Shown here in pieces: positions 1-9,679 of a stretch of DNA of 64,000 nucleotides. Under the pieces are notes generated by a model. The model saw only the letters and a list, made by a program, of their open reading frames with translations. It was not told the DNA's origin and searched no databases. The stretch spans positions 42,243 through 106,242 of the forward strand of contig JACQWM010000004.1 of the NCBI GenBank assembly GCA_016209275.1. The letters run 5' to 3'. Made by a program: the position numbers and the translations under genes. Numbering within the stretch: the stretch's first letter is position 1; each line of letters starts with the position of its first letter. The DNA comes from Candidatus Omnitrophota bacterium. GTDB taxonomy: Bacteria > Omnitrophota > Gorgyraeia > Aquiviventales > Aquiviventaceae.

Positions 1-1061
1 AGCAGGGGTTTGAGCGCGTGCTGCTCTGTCTGGGGTATTTGCCCAAGGTGATCCAGGCGTATTGCGGCGATGGCCAGCGATTCGGGCTGTCGATCGAGTA
101 CAGCGTGTCGGATGTCGAGGATGACACCGGCCGGCGGCTGAAGGTAGCCGCACCTCGCATTGAGCAGTACTTCCTCTTGATGTACTGCGACAACTACTGG
201 CCGCTGCGCTTTGACGCGCTGTGGAAGTCCTATCTCGACACCGGGGCCGAGGCCATGCTCACGGTCTATCGCAACGAGGATGGGTACACGAAAGATAATG
301 TCCGCCTCAGCGAAGATGGCGCAGTGCTGTTCTACGACAAAAATCGGGCGACGCCGAGATTGCAGGGTGTCGATATCGGTTTCGGGCTGTTTCGACGCGA
401 GGCGCTGGAGCTCGTGCCAGATGAAAACGTGTCATTTGAGCGCGTGGTCTACCCAACACTCGTGGCGCGGCGCACGCTCTTCGCGTTTCCTACGTCGCAT
501 CGGTATTACAGTGTCAGTTCGCATGAGCGGCTCGGGTTGACTGAGCGTTTTTTGGCGCGAACGCCCGCGGTAATTCTCGACCGGGACGGGGTGCTGAATG
601 CGCGGCCACCTCAAGGGGAGTATGTCACGTCATGGGCGCAGTGGCGATGGCTGCCGGGGGCTCGTGAGGCGCTACGGCTGTTACACGACGCCGGCTATCA
701 GGTGATCGTGATCTCGAATCAGGCCGGTATTGCGCGCGGGGCGATGCGCGCCGAGGACGTGGAAACGATTCATCGGCGCATGCGCGAGGAGGCGGCCGTC
801 GCTGGCGGGAGCATCGATGCGATCTACTACTGCCCGCATCATTGGGATGACGGGTGTGCGTGCCGCAAGCCGAAACCGGGGATGTTCTTTTCGGCGCAGC
901 GGGAGTTTCACTTGGATTTGAGCCGAACACGGTTCTATGGGGATGATGAGCGCGATGGCCAAGCGGCGAAGGCTGCCGGCTGCCCCTTCACCATGATTTC
1001 AGCGTCGTCGACGCTGCTGGACGCGGTTCGGCAATTACGGGAGGATGCGGTCCATGGCTAA
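1..1061 (+). CDS. Bifunctional sugar-1-phosphate nucleotidyltransferase (HddC-like, 5'-truncated at window edge) fused to D,D-heptose 1,7-bisphosphate phosphatase GmhB (HAD-IIIA)
   Basis: The reading frame is open from nt 3 (QGFERVLLCLGYLP..., nucleotidyltransferase C-terminal region). The C-terminal half has the GmhB signature VILDRDGVLN...VISNQAGIARG...AIYYCPHHWDDGCACRKPKPGM. Stop at 1059-1061. Confidence 0.7.
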   Translation, partial: QGFERVLLCLGYLPKVIQAYCGDGQRFGLSIEYSVSDVEDDTGRRLKVAAPRIEQYFLLMYCDNYWPLRFDALWKSYLDTGAEAMLTVYRNEDGYTKDNVRLSEDGAVLFYDKNRATPRLQGVDIGFGLFRREALELVPDENVSFERVVYPTLVARRTLFAFPTSHRYYSVSSHERLGLTERFLARTPAVILDRDGVLNARPPQGEYVTSWAQWRWLPGAREALRLLHDAGYQVIVISNQAGIARGAMRAEDVETIHRRMREEAAVAGGSIDAIYYCPHHWDDGCACRKPKPGMFFSAQREFHLDLSRTRFYGDDERDGQAAKAAGCPFTMISASSTLLDAVRQLREDAVHG

Positions 1062-2103
1062 GCGCGTGCTGATCACAGGACACAACGGGTATGTCGGCTC
1101 GGTGATGGCGCCGCTGATGCTGGAGGCCGGCTATGAGGTGACGGGGTTTGACACGAACTACTACGCGGAGTGCACCCTCGTGCCTGACGCGGTGCGCGTG
1201 CCCGCCATCCAGAAGGACCTCCGGGATGTGGCGGCCCGCGATCTGGAAGGCTTTGACGCCATCGTGCATTTGGGTGCGCTCAGCAACGACCCGATCGGCA
1301 ACTTAAGCGCCGAGTGGACTGAGCAGATCAATTTCCGCGCGTCAGTCCGCTTGGCCGAGCTGGCCAAACAGGCCGGAGTTCCGCGGTTGCTGTTTTCATC
1401 CTCGTGCATCATGTACGGCATGTCAGAAGCGGCCGTGGTCACGGAAGCCTCCCCCCTGGATCCCAAGACAGAATACGCCAGGTCTAAGGTCAAGGCGGAG
1501 CAGGCCATCTCCCATCTGGCCGATGCGAATTTTTCGCCGGTCTTTTTGCGCAACGGCACGATCTACGGCCTCTCGCCGCGGATGCGGTTCGATACGGTGT
1601 TGAACAACCTCGTGGGGGCGGCGGTGACAACCGGCAAGATCACGCTGCAAAGCGACGGCAAACCGTGGCGGCCGGTGGCCCATGTGGAGGACATTTCGCG
1701 CGCCTTTCTCCATGTGCTGCAAGCTCCCCGCGAGGCGATCCACAATCAGGCGTTTAACAACGGCGAGAACCGGATGAATTATCAGGTGATCGAGATGGCG
1801 CGGATCGTGGCCGAGACCGTGCCGGGCGGCACGGTGGAGTGCTTGGCCGATCCCGGGGCTGATCAGCGCACGTACAAAACTGATTTCGGCAAGTTCGCGA
1901 GGGCATTTCCCGACTTCCAGTTTCGGTGGACGGTACGCGAGGGGGCCAAGGAGCTCTATGAGGCGTGTACCGCCATGAAGCTGACCCGAGAGGATTTCAT
2001 CGATCGGAAGTTCACCCGGCTGAAGTGGCTGCGCTATTTAATGGACAGCGGCCGGCTGGATGGCTCGCTACGCTGGAGAACGGCGGTGGAGGCAACGCGA
2101 TGA
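1054..2103 (+). CDS. NAD-dependent epimerase/dehydratase (extended SDR)
   Basis: N-terminal Rossmann motif VLITGHNGYVGS, ~350 aa. GGAGG sits 9 nt upstream of the ATG at 1054. An alternative ATG at 1045 is possible. Confidence 0.65.
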   Translation: MAKRVLITGHNGYVGSVMAPLMLEAGYEVTGFDTNYYAECTLVPDAVRVPAIQKDLRDVAARDLEGFDAIVHLGALSNDPIGNLSAEWTEQINFRASVRLAELAKQAGVPRLLFSSSCIMYGMSEAAVVTEASPLDPKTEYARSKVKAEQAISHLADANFSPVFLRNGTIYGLSPRMRFDTVLNNLVGAAVTTGKITLQSDGKPWRPVAHVEDISRAFLHVLQAPREAIHNQAFNNGENRMNYQVIEMARIVAETVPGGTVECLADPGADQRTYKTDFGKFARAFPDFQFRWTVREGAKELYEACTAMKLTREDFIDRKFTRLKWLRYLMDSGRLDGSLRWRTAVEATR

Positions 2104-2558
2104 GCCGAACCATACACGACGTGAAGATCATCCCGCTGCGGCAGGTGGTCGATGAGCGGGGCAAGATCATGCACATGCTCAAGGCGACTGACCCGCATTT
2201 CATCCGCTTCGGCGAGATCTATTTTTCATGCGCGTGGCCTGGGGCGATTAAGGCCTGGCACATCCACACATCCATGACGCTGCATAACGCGGTGATCTCG
2301 GGCCGGGCGAAACTCGTGATGTACGACGGCCGCAAAGGCTCGCCGAGCTACGGCACGATCCAGGAGGTCTTTCTCGGGGAAGACAACTACGTGCTGGTGC
2401 AAATTCCGCCCGGCATTACGAACGGGTATAAGGCGTACGGCGATCGGCTGGTCATCCTGGCGAATTGCGCCACCGAGCCGCATCGGCCCGAAGAGATTGT
2501 GCGCATCGATCCGTTCACGACGGAGATTCCCTACGACTGGGGGCTGCGGCATGGCTGA
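2100..2558 (+). CDS. RmlC-like cupin sugar 3,5-epimerase / ketoisomerase
   Basis: ~150 aa cupin fold (GEIYFSCAWPGAIKAWHIH...). The ATG overlaps the upstream TGA. Confidence 0.55.
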   Translation: MSRTIHDVKIIPLRQVVDERGKIMHMLKATDPHFIRFGEIYFSCAWPGAIKAWHIHTSMTLHNAVISGRAKLVMYDGRKGSPSYGTIQEVFLGEDNYVLVQIPPGITNGYKAYGDRLVILANCATEPHRPEEIVRIDPFTTEIPYDWGLRHG

Positions 2559-3618
2559 GCTTGTGAATGCGGAGTGCGGAGTGCGGAACGCGGAGTTCGT
2601 TGAGCACTACGCCACAAATCGACGGCCGCGATTAATCGTCACGCGCACACCGCTGCGTATTAGCTTTGCCGGCGGCGGAACGGATTTGCCGGATTTTTAT
2701 GCGCGCGAAGATGGCGCCGTGCTGAGCACGACGATTAACCACTACTTGTACGTGACGGTCAAGCCGCACGGGCGCTTGTTCAACGAAGGCTTTCGCCTCA
2801 ACTATTCCGAGACGGAGCATGTGGAGCGCTTGGATGAGGTGAAGAACCACATCGCCCGCGAATGCCTGAGGTTTTTGCGGATTGATCCGCCGCTGTACAT
2901 CAGCACGATCGCCGACGTGCCGGAGTTTTCCGGCTTAGGCTCCTCCAGCAGTTTCGCGGTCGGCCTGCTGCAAGCGCTCCATGCGCTTCGCGGCGAGCGG
3001 ATTGCCGCCGGACCGCTGGCCGAGGAAGCGGCTCATATTGAAATCGAGGTGCTGCGCCGGCCGATCGGCAAGCAGGATCACTACGCGGCCGCCTTCGGCG
3101 GCGTGAATGTGTTTTACTTTAAGGCCGACGGCCGGGTGACGGTGGAATCCCAGCACGTCGCCGAGGGGGTCTTGGATGAGATGTTTGCGCATTTACTGAT
3201 GTTTTGGACCGGCATCCGCCGGGATGCCAGCACGATCCTGAGCCTGCAGCAACAGCGGACCGAAACGAATCGTGAGTATTTGCAGCAGATGCGCGAGCAT
3301 GCGCGGCAGCTCCAAGCGCTCTTGCGCAACGGGTTTGACCCGGAGCGCTTTGGGCGCATCCTGGACGCCTCGTGGCATCTGAAGCGGCAGTTGACGAGCA
3401 ACATGACGAACGCGCGCATCGAAACGTGGTATCAGCGCGCCAAGCAGGCCGGGGCGTCGGGCGGCAAGATCTGCGGGGCCGGCGGCGGCGGCTTCCTCTT
3501 ATTCACCGCGCCACCGCAGCGGCAAGAGGCGGTCAGAGCCGCACTGGCCGATCTCACCGAGGTGCCGATTCGCTACGAGGCGCACGGCTCTCGGGTGCTG
3601 CTGCCCTCGATGGAGTAG
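2551..3618 (+). CDS. hddA: GHMP-family sugar kinase, D-glycero-D-manno-heptose 7-phosphate kinase (HddA-like)
   Basis: RTPLRISFAGGGTD, GLGSSSSFAVGLL and GGKICGAGGGGFLLF GHMP motifs. Start uncertain (an unusual ~35-aa N-terminal leader). Confidence 0.7.
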   Translation: MAELVNAECGVRNAEFVEHYATNRRPRLIVTRTPLRISFAGGGTDLPDFYAREDGAVLSTTINHYLYVTVKPHGRLFNEGFRLNYSETEHVERLDEVKNHIARECLRFLRIDPPLYISTIADVPEFSGLGSSSSFAVGLLQALHALRGERIAAGPLAEEAAHIEIEVLRRPIGKQDHYAAAFGGVNVFYFKADGRVTVESQHVAEGVLDEMFAHLLMFWTGIRRDASTILSLQQQRTETNREYLQQMREHARQLQALLRNGFDPERFGRILDASWHLKRQLTSNMTNARIETWYQRAKQAGASGGKICGAGGGGFLLFTAPPQRQEAVRAALADLTEVPIRYEAHGSRVLLPSME

Positions 3619-3621
3619 ACG

Positions 3622-4602
3622 ATGACCCAACGCATTTTGATCACCGGGGCCACCGGGATGATCGGCGCGGCCTTCATCCGGCGCGCGCTGGCGGATGGCC
3701 ATGAGGTGACCGTGATGGTCCGCCGCGAATCAAATCGTTTGCGGCTGATTGAGGTCGAATCGTCGCTGCGCTTGCACGACGGTGATGTCACCGATGCGCA
3801 GAGTGTTGCGAACGCTGTTGACGCGGCGCGTCCTGAGGTGGTCGTGCATTTGGCGAGCAGCTCGTTTAATCCTCCGACGATCAGCGCGCAGACGCATTGG
3901 GACGCGATCGGCAAGGGAACCCTGATCATGCTGGAGATCCTCCGATCATGGCCGCAGACGCGGTTCGTCATGACCGGCTCCGCCGCGGCGTACGGCAGTG
4001 GTGCCAGGCTCACCGAGACCCAACCGCTGCGGCCAGCCACCGCGCTCGGCGCGGCCAAAGCGACGGCGAGTATATGGATGCACACCTATGCTCGGCTCTA
4101 CGGGATCCAGGCTGTTGAGCTGAGACTGTTCATGCCGTATGGCCCGTGGGAGCATCCGCGACGGTTGATTCCGCAGACCATCCTCTCTGCGCTCGCCGGA
4201 GAAGAGCTCCGGACCACTGACGGCAGGCAGCAGCGGGATCTGGTGTATGTTGACGATGTGGTGGACGCACTCCTCTTGGCGGCCACGCGGCCGGTCGCCG
4301 CCGGGTCGGTTTTCAACATCGGCTCAGGGATCGGCACGCGGGTGCGCGATGTGGTCGACCGGATTCTTACGCTGATGGGCGATCCGGTGAACGTGATCCG
4401 AGGCGCCTTGCCGACGCGGCCGGATGAAATCCTTGAGATGTCGGCGGATATCACGGCGGCCAAAAGGAAACTCGGATGGCAGCCGCGCATCGGATTAGAC
4501 GAAGGACTGCGCCGGACGATCGCGTGGGTCACGGATCATCGCGAGCTCTTAGAGCACCTGGCACAGCCGCAAGCACCGATCGCCGCCGGCGGCGAACGAT
4601 GA
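3622..4602 (+). CDS. NAD-dependent epimerase/dehydratase (extended SDR)
   Basis: ILITGATGMIGAAF Rossmann motif. ~326 aa. Confidence 0.7.
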   Translation: MTQRILITGATGMIGAAFIRRALADGHEVTVMVRRESNRLRLIEVESSLRLHDGDVTDAQSVANAVDAARPEVVVHLASSSFNPPTISAQTHWDAIGKGTLIMLEILRSWPQTRFVMTGSAAAYGSGARLTETQPLRPATALGAAKATASIWMHTYARLYGIQAVELRLFMPYGPWEHPRRLIPQTILSALAGEELRTTDGRQQRDLVYVDDVVDALLLAATRPVAAGSVFNIGSGIGTRVRDVVDRILTLMGDPVNVIRGALPTRPDEILEMSADITAAKRKLGWQPRIGLDEGLRRTIAWVTDHRELLEHLAQPQAPIAAGGER

Positions 4603-5891
4603 CGGCGTGCGTGGTGTGCGAGTCAACGCGGGTGGAAGCATTTCTCGATTTTGGCACGACCGCATTGGCCAATAAATTTTTGACGAAGGAAGAATTATCG
4701 CGGGCGGAGCCTGCGTTTCCGTTACGCGTCGGGTTTTGTCATGGCTGCACGCATGTGCAGCTGATGGAGCGCGTCGCCCCCCGCGACATGTTCACTGACT
4801 ATCTGTATGTGTCATCGGCGTCGGAGACGCTGACGGCGCATCTCTTCGAACTCAGCGATGTCGTCGCACGGCGATTCCGCCTGGGCGCGGGCGACCTTGT
4901 CGTCGACATCGGCTGCAATGACGGCACGCTGTTGCGGGGATTCCAGCGCCACGGGGTGAAGACGCTCGGGGTGGATCCAGCCAAAAATCTTGCAGCACTA
5001 GCTGCGGAAAGCGGAATGGAGCGATTCGTGGGATTTTTTAATAGCCAAACCGCCACGCAGATCGCGCAGCGGTGGGGTCGAGCCTCAGCCATCACCGCCA
5101 CCAATACGTTCCCGCATGTTCCCGAGCTGCGTGATTTCATGGAGGGCATTCGCACCGCGTTAGCCCCCGGCGGGGTCTTTGTCATCGAAGCGCATTACCT
5201 GCTGGATCTGCTGGAGCAGGCAGCGTTCGATACCATCTATCACGAACACGTGTCGTACTGGGCCCTCGCACCCATGATGGGCCTCTTTGAGCGCTGCGGC
5301 ATGCAGGTCGTGGATGTCGAGCGGCTTCCGATCCATCATGGACAATTGCGTGTCTTCGTGCAGCGAACGGGTGAAGGGCGTGTGCAGCCGAGCGTTGCTC
5401 GACAGCTTGACGTCGAGCGGAGTGCTGGTTTGGATCGGTTGGCCACCTTCCGGGCGTTTGCCGATCGCACGCAGCAGATCAAGCGGCAGCTGAAGGAGCG
5501 GTTGAGGCAGCTGCGCGCCGAGAGCAAGCGCGTGGCCGGCTATGGGGCGCCGGCGAAAGGCAGCACGTTGTTAGGGTTTCTTGAGTTGGGACCGCAAGAG
5601 ATCGACTACATCGTGGATCGAAGCCCCCTCAAGCAGGGCCGGTTCACGCCCGGCTCGCACATTCCAATCGTGCCGGCAGAGCGCTTGCTTGAGGATCAGC
5701 CCGATGTGGTGGTCGTGCTCGCCTGGAATTTTCTCGACGAAATTATGGATCAGCAACAGGAATATCTGCGGCGTGGGGGGACATTTCTTCTTCCTGTGCC
5801 TGAGGTTCGCCTCATTACAGCCGAAAGCTCGCGCTTTCGGCATTCCGCGGCGACCCCGATGGTCACCGCTTCACGAGGAGAGGGTGCATGA
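4599..5891 (+). CDS. NDP-hexose C-methyltransferase (TylCIII-like class I SAM MTase with N-terminal Zn-ribbon)
   Basis: N-terminal CxxC...CxxC (ACVVCES...CHGCTH), SAM motif VVDIGCNDGTLL, and a C-terminal C-methyltransferase-type domain. ATGA overlap with the upstream gene. Confidence 0.6.
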   Translation: MTACVVCESTRVEAFLDFGTTALANKFLTKEELSRAEPAFPLRVGFCHGCTHVQLMERVAPRDMFTDYLYVSSASETLTAHLFELSDVVARRFRLGAGDLVVDIGCNDGTLLRGFQRHGVKTLGVDPAKNLAALAAESGMERFVGFFNSQTATQIAQRWGRASAITATNTFPHVPELRDFMEGIRTALAPGGVFVIEAHYLLDLLEQAAFDTIYHEHVSYWALAPMMGLFERCGMQVVDVERLPIHHGQLRVFVQRTGEGRVQPSVARQLDVERSAGLDRLATFRAFADRTQQIKRQLKERLRQLRAESKRVAGYGAPAKGSTLLGFLELGPQEIDYIVDRSPLKQGRFTPGSHIPIVPAERLLEDQPDVVVVLAWNFLDEIMDQQQEYLRRGGTFLLPVPEVRLITAESSRFRHSAATPMVTASRGEGA

Positions 5892-6892
5892 GCCACGAGT
5901 TGCACGTCGTTGAAATCAAGCAAATCAACCTGGAGATGGCCGGAGGCTGCAACCTCAAATGCCCCATGTGCCCCCAGTCGTTCGGCCGGGAAAAGGATTT
6001 CTTGAAGCGGCTCCCGCTGGAAGAATTCCGCAAGATCATCGACCAGGCGATTCCCGTGGGGTTGAAGTATGTCAACCTCAGCGGCTCCGGCGAACCGCTG
6101 CTGCACACCGGCTTGGAGGAGGCGGTCCGCTACCTCAATGAGCGGGGCATTACGAGCATGATCTACACCAATGGGATCCGCTTGACTCCAGAGCGTTTTG
6201 AGAGCCTCTGCCAGGCCGGGTTGACGATTTGCAAAGTGTCCTGCCAGGGATGGGATCGGGACAGCTACGCCAAATGGATGTCGATCGACGCGTTTGACCA
6301 AGTGCGGCAGCAGCTCAAAGCGTGCGTCGCACTGCTGAAGACGAAGGGGTATGCCACCTTTCTCCAAACCAACCATCTCGTGCATGACTATGACCAGCGC
6401 GAGCACCAGACCCAGCAGTACGTGACCAATTGGGTCGAGTATCTGGGCGTGCAGGCGGAAATCTGGCTGGAGCACAACTGGTCCGGCCAGTATAAAGACG
6501 CGATCCCTCGGGAGAATATTTTTCAGGACCGGCCCAAGCGCACGTGCGGACGCCCGATGGGCGGGGTCTTGGAGATTCGCGCCGGAGGACTGGGCGGCAA
6601 ATCGGGTGCTGTCGTGCCGTGCCCGTTCGTGCTGGGGCAGGACTCCAAAGCGGTCCTGGGGCATACGCAAGACACGCCCCTCATGGACATCGTCAACGGC
6701 GAGCCGATGCTCGCCTTGCGATCGGCGCACGTGCGCGGAGATTTCGATTCGGTGGACTACTGCCGCAACTGCGATCAATTGCTAGAGGTCAAAGAGTCGC
6801 TGGTGTGGACCAACATCCCCGGTCGCACGTATGGGCCGAGCCGAATCTCAGGAATTAATTACTTAAATCTGTCCGCGGCGCCATCGCCATGA
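5888..6892 (+). CDS. Radical SAM protein (possible SPASM/twitch C-terminal Cys cluster)
   Basis: CNLKCPMC (Cx3Cx2C) near the N-terminus. Additional Cys residues near the C-terminus (CGRPMG...CPFVLG...CRNC). Confidence 0.7.
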   Translation: MSHELHVVEIKQINLEMAGGCNLKCPMCPQSFGREKDFLKRLPLEEFRKIIDQAIPVGLKYVNLSGSGEPLLHTGLEEAVRYLNERGITSMIYTNGIRLTPERFESLCQAGLTICKVSCQGWDRDSYAKWMSIDAFDQVRQQLKACVALLKTKGYATFLQTNHLVHDYDQREHQTQQYVTNWVEYLGVQAEIWLEHNWSGQYKDAIPRENIFQDRPKRTCGRPMGGVLEIRAGGLGGKSGAVVPCPFVLGQDSKAVLGHTQDTPLMDIVNGEPMLALRSAHVRGDFDSVDYCRNCDQLLEVKESLVWTNIPGRTYGPSRISGINYLNLSAAPSP

Positions 6893-7458
6893 CGGGTCTT
6901 GCCTTCCCAACGACAGAGGTTGCGCCGATCACTACGGATCGGTTGGCGCTGCGCATGATATCAGCCGCTGATGTGACGCCGGTGTATGTTGCGTCGATGA
7001 ACGATCCTGAGGTGGTGGGGTTGACCGAGGCGCGGCACGTGGTGTGGGACCATCAGCGGGTGGCGCAGTTCATTGAGCGATCCAACGTTGAAGGGGTGTC
7101 AACTTTGGTGGGGATCTTCCTGAAAGACACCGGACGCCATATCGGCAATCTGCGGTTGTTCAATTTCCATCCCGTGCATCGGCGGGCGGAGCTGAGCTTC
7201 GTCATTTTTGACAAGACCCAATGGTCGAAAGGCTATGCCACAGAGGCGGTCGGCGCGCTCTGCCGCTACGCGTTTGAGACGATGCGTTTGCACCGCATCC
7301 ACGCGGACTATTACGCGACCAACCACGCCTCAGCCCGGTTGTTCCAGAAGGCGGGGTTCCAGGTCGAGGGCGTCTATCGAGGACATTTCTTCGCTGACGG
7401 ACGATATGTGGATTCCATTCGAGTGGCAACACTGAATCCGACTGAGCAGCGCATATGA
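6889..7458 (+). CDS. GNAT-family N-acetyltransferase
   Basis: RimL/RimJ-like motif pattern (HRAELSFVIFD...GYATEAV...ARLFQKAGF). 189 aa. Confidence 0.65.
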   Translation: MTGLAFPTTEVAPITTDRLALRMISAADVTPVYVASMNDPEVVGLTEARHVVWDHQRVAQFIERSNVEGVSTLVGIFLKDTGRHIGNLRLFNFHPVHRRAELSFVIFDKTQWSKGYATEAVGALCRYAFETMRLHRIHADYYATNHASARLFQKAGFQVEGVYRGHFFADGRYVDSIRVATLNPTEQRI

Positions 7459-8618
7459 CGCGCCCATTCATCCCATCGGCGGGTCCTTCGATGACGGAGC
7501 ACGAAGTCCAGTTAGTGGCTCAGGCCGCCCGGGATGGCTGGTATCTTGGCATGATCAAGTACATTGAAGAATTTGAACGGCGATTCTCTGAGTACACCGG
7601 GATGACCTACTGCTTGGCCACGAATAGCTGCACGGCGGCCATTCACCTGGCGATGCTCGCCTTGCGTCTCGGGCCAGGGGATGAGGTGATCGTGCCGGAT
7701 ATCACCTGGGTCGCCTCGGCAGCCCCGGTGTGCTATGTGGGTGCTCGGCCTGTCTTGGTGGATATCGACCCGGTGACGTGGTGCATCTCGCCCGAGGCGT
7801 TTGAGCGCGCGATCACCCGGCGGACGAAAGCCGTTGTGGTCGTTGGCCTGCTGGGTAACATGCCGGAGATGGATGCGATTCGGACGATGGCCGCCAAGCG
7901 CGGGATTCCGATTATCGAGGACGCGGCTGAGTCGGCCGGAGCCACGTACCGCGGCAAAAAAGCCGGCACCTTCGGCACGATCAACGTCTTCAGCTTTAAT
8001 GGCACGAAGCTGATGGTCACCGGCGAAGGCGGCATGTTCGCCACGAATGACAAGCGCTTGTACCTGCGCGCCAAAGGGCTCGCGCACCATGGCTTGCTGA
8101 TGCAGGGCAAGCGATCAAAATTCTACTGGTCCTATGAGCTGGGGTACAAATACAAGATGACCAATGTCCAGGCGGCCCTGGGGTTGGCGCAATTGAGCCG
8201 GATCGACGAGCTGGTGGCGAAACGCCGGCAAAACTTTTTCTGGTATCACGAGCGGCTGAAGAGTGTCGAGGGTCTGCAGCTGAACCAGGAAGGCCCGCAT
8301 GTGAACAGCACGTTTTGGATCGTGACCGGGATTGTGAGCCCGCGCTACCGGATAAAGAAGGAAGCGCTGGTCAGGAAGCTGGTTGAGCGGAAGATCGGCG
8401 GGCGCCCGTTTTTCTATCCGATCAGCGCGATGCCGCCGTTTACCGCGTACGGCCGGGGCCGATCGATGCGCAAGGCTAACCCGGTGTCGTATCGGATCTC
8501 CCCGTACGGCATCTGCCTGCCATCGTCCGCCGCGCTCACCGAAGCGGATGTGGACTATGTCTGCGAGCAGCTTATGGAGATTTTAACGGCGCGAACCGCG
8601 AAAGCGGTCCTGGTATGA
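7455..8618 (+). CDS. DegT/DnrJ/EryC1/StrS-family PLP-dependent sugar aminotransferase
   Basis: Characteristic N-terminal region and the Lys-region FSFNGTKLMVTGEGGM. Confidence 0.8.
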   Translation: MTRPFIPSAGPSMTEHEVQLVAQAARDGWYLGMIKYIEEFERRFSEYTGMTYCLATNSCTAAIHLAMLALRLGPGDEVIVPDITWVASAAPVCYVGARPVLVDIDPVTWCISPEAFERAITRRTKAVVVVGLLGNMPEMDAIRTMAAKRGIPIIEDAAESAGATYRGKKAGTFGTINVFSFNGTKLMVTGEGGMFATNDKRLYLRAKGLAHHGLLMQGKRSKFYWSYELGYKYKMTNVQAALGLAQLSRIDELVAKRRQNFFWYHERLKSVEGLQLNQEGPHVNSTFWIVTGIVSPRYRIKKEALVRKLVERKIGGRPFFYPISAMPPFTAYGRGRSMRKANPVSYRISPYGICLPSSAALTEADVDYVCEQLMEILTARTAKAVLV

Positions 8619-9679
8619 GTAGCACTGAATCACTGACCGTGCTGATCCCGACCTACAACCGGCATCCCCAGCTGCTGCGGCTGCTGCGGTATGCCGCGAC
8701 GGTCGGCTGCCCCTACCCGATGCGTGTGCTCGACTCCAGCAGCGATCCGCTGACATCAGTGGAGCTGCGCCGCGCGCTGGAAGCAGATCGTATCCGGCAT
8801 GAGCGATGGGCGCCGTCGACACCACCCATGCAAAAGCTGCATGAGGGCTTAGCGCATGTGGCCTCGCCGTATGTGGTGGTGTGGGCGGATGATGATTTTC
8901 TCGTGCCCCGCGCGCTGACCGCCGGTGTGAGTTTTTTAGACGCGCACCCGGACTACAGCGTCGTGCATGGCCGCAGCTATCTTCTGACCGTGGAACAAGT
9001 CAATGGCCATGGCGTGCCGTCACGCCAGCCGTATGGGCAGCGGGCCATCACCGCCGCGACCGCGGGTGAAAGGCTTGACGATCATCTGCGCGGCTACACC
9101 GTGCTCAACTACGCCATCCACCGCGCGGAGCGTTTGGCGCGGAATGTTGCGCAGTGCGTGGAGCGCGGCTTCGGCTACAACTGGGGCGAGATCGCGCTGG
9201 GGAGCCTGGACGCCATCCAGGGCAAGGTGGGAGTGTTGGACCAGCTGTATCTTGTGAAGGAAGGGCATCAAGGGCCGGATGCGTGGTGGACATGGTTGTG
9301 CGCAGGTGCTGCAACTCGGCCGAGCGATGTGTTTGACTGGGTGACAGAGGCGAATTTTCCCTCGGCCTATGCGTCGTTCCGCGAGTGTGTGGCGGCCGCC
9401 CTCTCCCAGGAAGACCGCCTGACCATGGATGAGGCGCGGGACATCGTGAAGGCGGCCTTCTGGTCGTATGCGGCGAGGGCGCTGACGGAAAAGCGGCGCG
9501 CGCATGACGGCATGACACATCGCGATGCGTCGATGCGATGGCGCCGCGCGGCCCGCCGAATCCCCGGCCTTCGAGGAATCGTCCGCGCGGTGCGCGGCGG
9601 CAAGGGCGGGGCCGAGCCCGATTGGCTGCCGATCTATCAGGCGATGACCACGAAAGACGTTGAGATGGTGGCTGCATGA
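8615..9679 (+). CDS. GT-A (GT2-like) glycosyltransferase-like protein, paralogue 1 of 3
   Basis: LIPTYNR N-terminus and an acidic WADDDFLVP motif. Its C-terminal Arg-rich helix is shared with the next two genes. Confidence 0.5.
   Translation: MSSTESLTVLIPTYNRHPQLLRLLRYAATVGCPYPMRVLDSSSDPLTSVELRRALEADRIRHERWAPSTPPMQKLHEGLAHVASPYVVVWADDDFLVPRALTAGVSFLDAHPDYSVVHGRSYLLTVEQVNGHGVPSRQPYGQRAITAATAGERLDDHLRGYTVLNYAIHRAERLARNVAQCVERGFGYNWGEIALGSLDAIQGKVGVLDQLYLVKEGHQGPDAWWTWLCAGAATRPSDVFDWVTEANFPSAYASFRECVAAALSQEDRLTMDEARDIVKAAFWSYAARALTEKRRAHDGMTHRDASMRWRRAARRIPGLRGIVRAVRGGKGGAEPDWLPIYQAMTTKDVEMVAA

Noticed and set aside
2572-2598. Short GCGGAGT(G) micro-repeat near the HddA start
   Set aside because: Only ~2.5 imperfect copies lying inside coding sequence. 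This is too short to call a repeat element, though it contributes to start-codon uncertainty for HddA.
5750-6778. 342-aa ORF on the minus strand
   Set aside because: It is antisense to the well-supported radical SAM gene. High-GC DNA generates long spurious antisense ORFs, and this one is Arg/Ala/Pro-rich with no motif.
6850-6876. AT-rich patch (GGAATTAATTACTTAAATCTG) at the 3' end of the radical SAM gene
   Set aside because: It stays in frame and encodes GINYLNLS. No hairpin or promoter consensus could be made out, so it is probably just local codon composition.
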